From Vitrella brassicaformis CCMP3155 (lineage: Eukaryota > Protista > Chromerida), in NCBI GenBank assembly GCA_001179505.1, contig CDMY01000942.1, forward strand, positions 1-9,446: a DNA stretch of 9,446 bases, given 5' to 3'. A model generated the notes under the pieces. That model was given only the letters and a program-made list of their open reading frames with translations, was not told the origin of the DNA and made no database searches. The position numbers and the translations under genes were made by a program. Positions 1 through 8,695 of this stretch are shown piece after piece. How positions within the stretch are numbered: the stretch's first letter is position 1; each line of letters starts with the position of its first letter.

Positions 1-1184
1 ATCCTCACAGTCAAGGCTCTCTATGGGGCCATGACGACTCCCGCCCTCCGAGCAGCAGGCATAAAGGAGCGAGCTCCCCCGTCGCAGCGGCCTGGCGCAG
101 GACAGTCGTCGGTCTTGGAGGCTGCCGAGCATCGCGAGACGGCACGAGAAGCTGTGCGGAAATCTCTGGTCATGCTCAAGAATGGTGCCAAAGGAGCGAC
201 AGGCAAACCTATACCTCTGTCCACGACGGGCAAGTATCTTGTCGCTGGGAGGTGTGCAGACAATATCGGCCTGCAGAATGGGGGATGGACGAAAGACTGG
301 TAAGTGCGTGGCCCTTAACATCATCACACACAGCTCTCTATGGGCCATTCGGCCGGCTAATCAGTCCTACACTCATCGCTCTCATAGGCAAGGCAGTGCC
401 AGCTACCCGAACCACCTTTTCGGGAGCAAGAGTGAATCGATCTACGAAGGCATCAAGAAGGCTACGGAGAGGGGCGGGTCGGCAACCCTGTACCAGAGCG
501 ATGGAGAAATTCCAGACCTCAGCAGCTACGATGGCGTCATCTTCTGCACGGGAGAAGACCCATATGCAGGCAACAGAACAAACACCTTCGCATGAATCGT
601 GCTTATGGTTCCCATCATATTTGCTAATGCCAACCAGAGTATTTTGGTGACCGTCAGTGGCCGGCTTCCATGCATTTTACTGAGACGCAGCTCCTCAATA
701 AGGTCCGGAGTAAGTACCCGTCTTTGACCATCGTGACCATCTTGTGCTCGGGCCGCCCGCTCTACATGAATGAAGAGATGAATCTGAGCGATGCCTTCAT
801 CGCGGCGTGGCTACCTGGGACACAAGGTGGCGGGGTGGCAGACGTGCTCTTCGGGAAGAGCGACTTTGTGGGCAAGTTGTCATTTCAGTGGGCGCTGAAT
901 CCCTGCATGACCATGCAGTACAACGGCACCCATGGTGACGACCCGCTCTTCAGCAACATGATGCTGCCAATCGGGTACGGGCTGGCGTACTCCGATGACT
1001 CGCTGATGCCAACCCTCAAAGTTGACCACTTGCAAGTAAGACGGACGGAAAGTGCACACAAATTCACATATCCGACTTCTGTACCCTGGCTGTGTGCGAC
1101 CAGTGCGGTCAGGAAAGAAGGCAGGATACACCAAATCTCGCCAGGGCCGCAGACAGTCCGAAAGGCCCTTTCAGCATTCATTGA
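1..1184 (+). CDS. Glycoside hydrolase family 3 beta-glucosidase / exo-beta-glucanase, C-terminal part (5' end outside window). Exons 1-299, 388-569, 638-1035, 1104-1184 (319 codons plus TGA).
   Basis: The spliced translation gives GH3 motifs in order: ILTVK...EHRETAREAVRKSLVMLKN, YLVAGRCADNIGLQNGGWTKDW|QG, FCTGEDPYA|EYFGDR, ILCSGRPL, DAFIAAWLPGTQGGGVADVLFG, GKLSFQW, PIGYGL. Introns: 300-387 (GTAAGT..CATAG), 570-637 (GC..CCAG, CTAAT branch-like site at 624-628), 1036-1103 (GTAAGA..CCAG). The last exon and stop are less certain; without intron 3 the frame ends at 1218. Confidence 0.92.
570..637 (+). other. GC-AG intron (68 nt) in the GH3 gene, splitting the codon of the presumed acid/base Glu
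   Basis: CAG|GCAACA...CCAG|AG joins GCA G and AG TAT TTT GGT GAC to give PYA-E-YFGD, in frame with ORF 670-1218. No GT donor before the in-frame TGA (593-595) keeps this motif. Confidence 0.85.
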
Positions 1185-2427
1185 ATTGCTGTCAAGAAAT
1201 GATCGTCCCTCCTCTTAGATGGTCAGTCTCTTAACCAACTATGAGCCTGAATCGAGGCAACATTTAATCCCATTTTCGGAGCCACACGTTGGAATGACGG
1301 CTCGCCGCTAAGGAGGCACACCCATCTGACCCCTCTGTCATCGGATCGTGTGTCTGTGGGTGTGGGCGGTCTCACACGTGAGATGCTTGCGACGATATGA
1401 TGGCAAGAAATGAGGTGAATTTCATGGAACGTTACAATGAGGACAGACAGGAAACAGCTGAGGTATAGCAAATGGGAGAGAGGGTTGCGTGTAGACAGGC
1501 AATGCTTCTTCTGGGAAGCCGCGTAAATGGGAGATGAAAGCCACAGCCAGAGGCCGAAACGCACCCTATCAGTGTGTGGTTGTGCGAGGGAGGGAACATC
1601 GAAAGCTTATTTTTTCGTAGGCCGACACTCCCCGCAAGCTTCGTGTGAGATGTGGAGAGTACGGCATAGCGCAGCATGGCACGCTGAAGTATCTACATGT
1701 AGCTAAATGTGCTTTCGCCTCTTACGACGATTGGTCTTGTGCGGTTTCTCTTCTGCGGGTTCATCCAGGGCTTCGATCATCCGCCGCGCCGACAGGCCTC
1801 GACGAATTTCGGACGATATTCATGGTTTGAAAGAGGTGCTGGAAAGGAGTGAGGTGAGATCGTTTGTGGACGAAACGAAGTCCATTCTCGAACCAGTTCC
1901 GTGTCAAAGGGATGAGAGTCCTTTCTGGGTTGCTTTGCGTGAGAGACGGCCGTGATCCTGGCCTGGCTGATTTTTCGTAGGACACACCTTGGCTGCATCC
2001 CTTCATCAGCTATGCAAACAGAACGCTGCTACATAGCACAAGCTTGCCAGTTACGGCAAGCAAAACACGCGTTATCTCCTAACGCATGCCAACACTCTCG
2101 ATAGCGTAGACCCTCTCCACGAATTATCTATTTACTTGGTCACCATCCCGGCCACCTTCATTTCGCGACAGAGCAAGATGCTTCTCGTCACCCTGTTAAA
2201 GCTCGTGTTGCTGGTTGGGAAGTCGAGATCGCAAGAGTCGCAGGATGCTCTGTTGCGGGATGAGGAGGGCGTGTTCACGCGATTTGATAAGGGCAAAGAA
2301 CAGGTATGGTCAGATCAACTCTCAGTCTTGTTCGCTCTCACTTTTCGCGCTTTGCAGTTGGCAAGGAGCGACGTGATCATACTAGACAAGTCATTGAAGC
2401 CTGGAGAACACCCACGCAGCACGAAAG

Positions 2428-2479
2428 GCAAAGACGAAGACACTAGACCTCTCGATCGCTCATTGTCTTTGTCCTTTAG
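2428..2479 (+). other. Probable GC-AG intron (52 nt), intron 2 of the oxidoreductase
   Basis: AAG|GCAAAG...CTTTGTCCTTTAG|AT is the phase-1 join that links the signal-peptide exons to the FAD-binding exon (..STK-D-DPVGKG..LEADVVVAGGG). The GT sites at 2373 and 2390 have the wrong phase. The flanking protein is not conserved, so support is from frame only. Confidence 0.7.
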
Positions 2480-2818
2480 ATGACCCGGTGGGCAAAGGCC
2501 TTCTCACCCGTCATCTTGAAGCTGATGTTGTCGTCGCTGGCGGCGGCTCGGCAGGCACATCAGCAGCACTCGCCGCTGCAAGAAGCGGGGCGAAAACCGT
2601 CTTGATACAGGCGAGGTAAGGTGGCGTCAAGTTCGCGCATATGCATGGAGTCATATTATTGGCACTTTTTGCACGTCACTTGACGAAGGGGAGTCCTGGG
2701 CGGCAATATGTCGTCCGAGTCGAAGCTGCATCCAGTGGGTGCTGATCACCTGGGCAATCGGGGCGTCGAGCTTGAGACGGGGGCGCGTGAAGGCGGCATC
2801 ATCGAGGAATACACCCTT

Positions 2819-2821
2819 TAG
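2819..2821 (+). other. In-frame TAG inside a conserved coding exon
   Basis: The frame reads GAG GAA TAC ACC CTT TAG AAC TCC TTT GTA AAC CCG CAG (EEYTL*NSFVNPQ), with homolog-like sequence continuing in the same frame on both sides. Confidence 0.9.
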
Positions 2822-5800
2822 AACTCCTTTGTAAACCCGCAGAGGTCTGGTTCCGTTCACGATCTGACCTTGTATGACATGTTTCGCCGGCAAGACAACT
2901 GTACGCTCCTCCGCAACACTTGGGCGGTGGCAGCCACGAAGGTGCAGTCAGCTGACGGCGATGATTGGACAGTTACAGAGGTGATTGCAGAGAACCAAGA
3001 GACACAAACTCGATATAGCGTCAAGGGCAAGGTCTTCATCGATGCGACGGGGGATGGGCGCCTCGCCGCTGAGGCAGACATTCCTTACATTATCGGTGAG
3101 GCGCGGTATCGGCGGGAATGAGACAGATAGCATTGCCAGTCGTGTCTACCTGGCCGCAGGGCGTGAGGGCAGAGACAGATTTGGAGAAGCACTAGCCGAC
3201 ATGCAGGATGACAACGAGACGATGGGCAGCTCACTGGCCTTCACGTCACGTGACATGGGGGAGAAAATGACATTTCAGGCACCAGAATGGTTGGTGGGAA
3301 GCCCAGTGCTACTGGTCTTATCCCCTCTTCATCTCATTGCACAGTGCTTGTTCATGATCAGGGCCACAAAGTACAGACAGTCAGATTTCAGATTTCGCCG
3401 CATAAGCGACATTGACCACGGCTGGTGGTGGATGGAGGTGGCGTGGCCCTATAACACTATCCGCGACAACGAGGCCATCCGTAACACACTAATGGAGAGT
3501 CTGCTTGGTAAATCACACACACAGTCACACCAGTCACAGAGATAGACAACTGAGCCAGGCGTTCTTCATGTTATTTATGCTGCCCACACAGGAATATGGG
3601 ACTACGTAAAGAACAGCGGCAAGTATCCTAAGGCAGAGAATCTCGCTCTTGATTGGCTGGAGTGGTGGCCATGCAAAAGAGAAGGTAGGTGACGATCATA
3701 TGCACGGCCTGTTTTCTGTGGCCCTAGGATTTGAAGGTCCGATTTACGTGGTAGGTCGTCGTTTCCAGGGTTTGTACACAATGACACAAAATGATGTCTT
3801 GCCAGACGTGAGTGCGCGAGGAGGTAATGTTCCTCCTCCCGCACCTTATTGGGATCGTGTATCTCACGGCGGCTGGTAGGTCTTCGAAATAGACCCGAGC
3901 CCCGATACCGAGACATGTGGCATGTTTGCTCATTGCAGGCCACTCGACCTGCACAACATCAAAGGGATACTCGACACCGCAAGACCTCCGTATGCTTCTT
4001 TCAACATGCCTCTCATGTACAGTTAAGAAGTTGTAGGGTAACACATCAATACGACCTGGACGACCTCGGACGCTATGTGAACGACCAGCACGCCTCTCCG
4101 ATCGCTTGTAGCATCGAACGCCACGAACATGATGCTGGCCGGGCGTCTGGCGTCCTTCTCGCATGTCGTATTCGGCAGCCAGCGAGTAATGAAGACTTGT
4201 GCCACGCTGGGCCAGGCAGCAGGCACAGCCGCCGCGTATTGTGCCCTCAGCGATGTGAAACCCTCAACTCTTGCGAATGATGCAAGTAATTTATGCAAAC
4301 GCGCACATGGGACCTGACTACTACGAGCTCGCTGTGCAGAGGCGGTCTGGAGCATTCAGCAGCAGCTCCTTCGTGACGACCAGTACATTATTGGTGTATA
4401 CAACGAAGACCCGAGAGATGTTGCACGTAAGGCAGAGGTGACTGCATCAAGTGAGTGGATTGAGGGAAAATACAACGGAAGTGCGGCACAGGTAAAATGA
4501 ACACACGCGAAGACACGCATGAGTCGCCCTTTGCTGCTCGTATTGCTCTTCCGATCAGATTCTCAGCGGTCAGACTCGCGCCGTGTTCGGTAAGGGCGGT
4601 GTTCACGATTCCCAGCAAATCGACGGCATCAATAGGTGGGTGAGCAAGAAGGTGCCTGCATGGATCGCACTTGACTGGAGCGAGTCAATCAAGGATATCT
4701 CTCTGGTGAGCGCTTGCCATATACGAGCACAGTTCACTCGGGTCGCCTCCATTGTATGTGGCATGGTGATATGTGGTTGCAGGTGGAGCTGGTGTTTGAC
4801 ACGGGCATGCATCGCACCCTCATGCTGTCGCAGATTGCGAGAAATCTGCAGAAAATGGTGTGGGGCCGTCCGCAGCCTGAGACAGTCAAGAACTACGACA
4901 TCCAAGTTCGACTGGATGGATCGGACACTTGGCAGAATGTTGCCACTATCGAAGGCAATTATCTTCGGAAGCGTGTGCACAACGTTGCCGATGCTGTCAG
5001 GAAGGTGGACAAGGCAGGCAAGGGAGTAGCGCCGCTTCGCGTCTACGTCAGGGCGACCAATGGGGTGGAGCAGGCACGCATATGCGAAGTGAGAGTGTAT
5101 GGCAACGATGGATTGGAAAAGTTTCCTCAGCCTCCAGAAGGTACGTCTACACAGCGGGAGCAGAAGACCATCAAATGTGTTTCTTTCCGCTTTAAGGCCT
5201 CAACATCAATGCCGAGAGACTCGTTTTGCTGTCCGGGCATGCGAGGGCGCTGTAGCCCAGTTCGCCATCCACTGTGTGGAGCTACAGATCGCAGAAATAC
5301 TCTGTTTTTCAATTATTCGTCCATCCATTGGGCTCTCAGGTGCCGGCTGCCATTGGGCGCCATGCATCCATCGATAAGATCGGTAGGAACCTATCCGCCA
5401 TCGCCCCAGGCGACGTGAGAATGGACCCACCCAACTTATGTTGGCATGGCGTGGCGTGGTGCACGTCTACCGAGAGACACCTAGCAGGCGATGGGTCGTA
5501 TCGTGGTTTGCGTCTAGGTTAGACAACACAGTCGGAGGCTTCCCGCGTGCAATGATGAAGCTGTGATAGTATGTAGTTGAAGGAATGTGAGACTGTCTTG
5601 ATCTTCCCCCTCCGCCGTCACAGCGAGTCTTCAGGCGCCCATTTGTTTGTGTGGGTCTGTGGTCGGCGTTCTTTTTCCTGCCTGTGACTATTGACTCATG
5701 GAACCTGACCTTCTGCAGCCCCCTCCCCCTTGTGCTGCTGATTTGATTGGATAAATTGTAGGTACCCGTGAGAGCAGATACTATATGGACACAGACACTG

Positions 5801-5990
5801 ATGCCCAGGGACATAACGCCACGTTGGCATGCAGCCATATAGACATGGAGCGGCATAGAGTCTTTCGTTCACCCACAACCGCATGCGCGTCGAGAGCAGA
5901 CAAATACAGAAAGGCTGACAGAGCATGCATCGAGTATAGTACTGATACGTCAAGAGCTAAGAGGGAAAGACACGGATAAATGATGGATGG

Positions 5991-8455
5991 CTAACTCCAG
6001 CAGAGCCAAAGGGCTCGTCCTTCCGGGTGTTTCACAAGCCAGCCGCTGGTGCTGTGTTTGCTGTGCTGTATCTGCTTGGAGCAAGGCAAGTACTTCAGGC
6101 GCAGGTATGCCTCGGTAATCCTGCCTCCTTTCCTTCCTTCGCTGAGGGACCGGACAAGCGCATCCACTTCGCCAGGCTCACGAGGGGCGATGGTGTTCGT
6201 CGCTTCATGAGGCAGCGAAGCGAGACGTGGAGCGACATGTCTGTTCCAGACCGCAGTCCACTGCCCCCCAAACCCCCCAGCATGCCATTGTATTTCTCTG
6301 ATGCCCTCCTTCGCTCCACGTGTGGAATGAGACCCTCCAGCTACACTCGACAAATCATCACAGAATCGTTGATTGAAAATGTCGACGGCGAAAACACCGG
6401 TGCACACAACGGTGACTGCCCCCCCGGGCTTCGTGTGTGCAGCAAGGTATCTCCGGTCCCACAAGGTAGGGTGGTGAGCAGCCTCAAAGAAATCGGGAGC
6501 GTGCAATTGCATCGCTTCGTCTGAGTCGACACGAGTCCCGTTGCCCAGAATCTCTCCATATACATGCCGATTGTCGAGAATGATCGACCAGTACGGCTGC
6601 TTCCTGAATTCCTTGCAGACGCACATCTCGTCTCCGAGATCTGACGGCCGCTTATCAGAGCTGCACCTTTTGAAGGCACTCTCTACAGAGCGAAAGGCTT
6701 CACTTCTGATAAGGGCGCTCTTGATCCAGCACCGCACCCTCCATAGGCCCCGGCGTTGGCGAGTGGCCAGCTTATAGTAGTCCTTCTCAGGGACGAACTC
6801 TTTCACGCTGAGAAGAAAATTGCTGGGCATCACCGGATCGTCCGGGGCTTCAGCGAAGGGAATCACTGCAGTAAGGTTGTCTTGGACAAGTTGCTGGATC
6901 ACGTCTGGGCGCTGCACGATGTACGTGCTGTCAAGAAGGAAGACGTGCATCGCGTTGCTCTTATGAGCGATCTGGAATGCGTGCGATTGGGCCTCAGTAA
7001 CCTTCTTGTCCTTCGTCTCCTCAATCACGTCTGCAAATCGTGCAGTGAACCCCTTATCAAGCTCCAGCCGGCACTTCGGGTCACGCCAGATGAACAAGAT
7101 GGTCTTTTTGTAGTCCAGCTTCATCTCCTCTAGTCCCCGGACAAAGTCGTCAATAAAGGGTGAGTCTTTGCAGAGGACTGCGAGAACCATCAGGGGCTGG
7201 ACATAGGGAGAAGACTCGTCTCGGGTGTGCCACTTGGACCCTTCTTCTTTCGACCATGCCCCAGCCTCATAGTTGCTGAGATGGAAAACCAGTTCCTTGC
7301 CGCTCCCGGAGTTGCCGTGGACCATCGCTGCGGCAGGCAGGCCATCTCGACGCGTAAAGGTCAGGCCCTCCACGGTCCCTCTGCCATCATCGGAGTCATA
7401 CAAGGCGGGACTCAGCTGCCACTCCCACTCCTTGAGTTGCTGTAGTCCTTGAAACAAGTAGCGATCGTAGTCGAGGTGTATCTGGACGCCGTGGCCTATG
7501 TCGTCGTTCAGATAGCGGAGAGTGTAGTACAGCTGATCGTCAGCGTCCTCTTTCGCGCCTTCGTCTGTCCAACGCTGGAGAGCCAAACTCAGGGCACTGG
7601 CACGGCCTACATACTGCCCTGAACATAGGTATCTGTATTGGTCTTCGTAGTTGAAGGATTCTCTGTTGCGAGCCGGCCGCGGATACCGCTCTCCCAGACT
7701 GATCCATAAGCACACAGGCATCAAACGCTTTCGAAACTGTATATTCCCACGCATCCATGTCGCAGACCTTGGATCGGGCCACGGGTGGCGGTCGCTCGCA
7801 AATACGATGGTTTTATTATCGGGTAGCATTGTCCTTACTCGGCGAAGGAGTTCTTCACGAGGAACGCGCACAAGTGTGTCGTGTCCGTCAGTGAACATGA
7901 CTAACCTATAGGACGACGCAACAAACAATGTGGCTCTGTCAAGTGATATATGGTTCGCCTGACAAGTTTGGTTCCTGTTGAGCGAGCCAGGCCTTAAGGG
8001 TAGTCAACTTCTGAGGGGACAAAAGCACTTGTTCTGCATCCATGCTTTTTCGAACAAGGACAGTGTATGTTGTTTCGACAAACCGTGCCAAATCCACCCC
8101 ATTCTTCCTCTAAGCCGAGGGCCACAAACGGCACGTCGAAGTACTCCGCGGACCGCTTCAAGGATTGGTACCCCTCGACGTGTCCGTCACTTACAACAGT
8201 TATGAGGACGAAACGCGGCACGTCACCAGAAGCACCAGGCATCCCTCGAGTGAGGTCCACCATCGTGTCACGAGGCGCCCCTTCCGGGAGATCCACACAG
8301 CTTGTAGTTTCTGGTGTCGAGTGGCAAGGGAACTGACACAGAGACATGTTCCTCAGGGGCAGCACTTTCTTAGACAGATAGAGAATGCGAGAGAGCGCCA
8401 GGATTGACATGACCAAGGCGACCAAAAACAAGCAAAAGCGTCTTAGACGAGTCAT
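5991..8455 (-). CDS. PLOD/LH3-like (procollagen lysyl hydroxylase/glycosyltransferase family) protein, about 754 aa, with N-terminal signal anchor, GT-A domain, accessory domain and degenerate 2OG-Fe(II) domain. Exons 8455-8084, 8010-7964, 7905-7768, 7698-5991.
   Basis: The spliced product has FVLITVVSD..EGYQSLKRSAEYFDVPFVALGLEEEWGGFGT|KLTTLK, VMFTDGHDT, WPDP|SLGERYP, RYLCSGQYVG, EDADDQLYYT..YL, IHLDYDRYLFQGL, VHGNSG, NY..GAW, RGLWRV, VFAVDIFNQRFCDDL and GWLVKHP, all recognisable from PLOD1-3. Introns 8083-8011 (73 nt), 7963-7906 (58 nt) and 7767-7699 (69 nt, in frame and stopless) are all GT-AG. Exons sum to 2265 nt. No gene symbol is given because orthology is unproven. Confidence 0.88.
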
Positions 8456-8558
8456 TTCTTTCCTGCCGTCCGTGTTGCCTCCGTTTACGAGACCTGTAGA
8501 GAAGGCTTTCCGTTGCCTGCAGATGTGAGGGATGCACTTCTCACCGTGGGAGGTGAAT

Positions 8559-8608
8559 CAAGTGTCCCTTTCCAGTGGTCCGCAACTACACCAAGTGTCC
8601 CCTTCCAG
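8559..8608. repeat. 17-bp direct repeat pair, 33-bp period, one mismatch
   Basis: CAAGTGTCCCTTTCCAG (8559-8575) and CAAGTGTCCCCTTCCAG (8592-8608), 104-153 bp upstream of the PLOD-like ATG. Confidence 0.85.
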
Positions 8609-8670
8609 GCTTGATCCCCTGTGCTGCATGTTATTTTGTAACTTGTGTTACACGAGCGGGACAACCTTGT

Positions 8671-8695
8671 CATTCATTCATTCATTCATTCATTC
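8671..8695. repeat. (CATT)6 tetranucleotide microsatellite
   Basis: CATTCATTCATTCATTCATTCATTC, read directly from the sequence. Confidence 0.95.

Larger units (their letters stand above)
2178..5255 (+). pseudogene. FAD-dependent oxidoreductase (PF12831-like) with signal-peptide-like N-terminus and C-terminal F5/8-type-C/discoidin-like beta domain. 741 codons if read through, interrupted by TAG at codon 155 (recent pseudogene, sequence error or recoded gene). Exons 2178-2303, 2358-2427, 2480-2615, 2689-3095, 3160-3289, 3362-3507, 3592-3684, 3755-3875, 3939-4022, 4089-4285, 4340-4491, 4559-4705, 4783-5140, 5197-5255.
   Basis: The spliced product carries family motifs in order: ADVVVAGGGSAGTSAALAAARSGAKTVLIQAR|GVLGGNMSSE, REGGIIEE, FIDATGDGRLA, GREGRDRFGE, TMGSS, GWWWME, GIWDYVKNSG, KREGRRFQGLYTMTQND, GGWPLDLH, PLRSL..NMMLAGR..SHVVFGSQRVMKTCATLGQAAGTAAA, QQLLRDDQYIIG, FDTG, PQPETVKNY, GNYLRKRVH, ATNG..ARICEVRVY. 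The 13 introns are 52-84 nt: 11 GT-AG, 1 GC-AG, 1 ambiguous. Exons sum to 2226 nt (742 codons). The family call is secure (~0.9); pseudogene status is not. Confidence 0.75.

Noticed and set aside
301-303. TAA ending ORF 31-303, and similar apparent stops at 3877-3879 and 4024-4026, as recoded stops
   Set aside because: They lie inside introns (300-387, 3876-3938, about 4023-4088); splicing restores WQG, GGWP and PLRSL.
1370-1650. TCTCAC-AC-GTGAGA palindrome and a 9-bp inverted match at 1642-1650 as MITE ends
   Set aside because: Too short, no target-site duplication, and within chance expectation.
2161-2180. Acceptor-like CAG just upstream of ATG (also at 9164-9166) as evidence for spliced-leader trans-splicing
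   Set aside because: YAG trinucleotides are common, no SL sequence is present, and this cannot be separated from chance or a 5' UTR intron.
2814-2821. CCCTTTA slippery heptamer / CTT-TAG shifty stop as programmed frameshift
   Set aside because: The heptamer is not in the X XXY YYZ phase, homology continues in frame 0, and the +1 frame stops within a few codons.
3808-3813. Strong GTGAGT donor-like site
   Set aside because: No suitably spaced acceptor before the next intron; the frame stays open through to GGW.
5552-5708. C/D-box snoRNA (ATGATGA at 5552, CTGA at 5705)
   Set aside because: No terminal stem, long spacing and no recognisable guide sequence.
5467-5856. 129-aa minus-strand ORF in the convergent intergenic gap
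   Set aside because: No recognisable motifs, and its composition resembles non-coding 3' flank.
6143-6182. Possible 40-nt GT-AG intron near the PLOD-like 3' end (minus strand)
   Set aside because: Shorter than all other introns here, and it would shift the frame away from the GWLVKHP homology; it does not restore HxD.
6027-7911. Plus-strand ORFs 6027-6524, 6756-7133, 7227-7445, 7651-7911
   Set aside because: Antisense shadows of the PLOD-like long exon.
2178-8455. Genome-wide stop-codon reassignment
   Set aside because: Only one internal TAG in about 1900 modelled codons, none in the 1708-nt exon, and TAG serves as terminator at 5253-5255 and 5993-5991.
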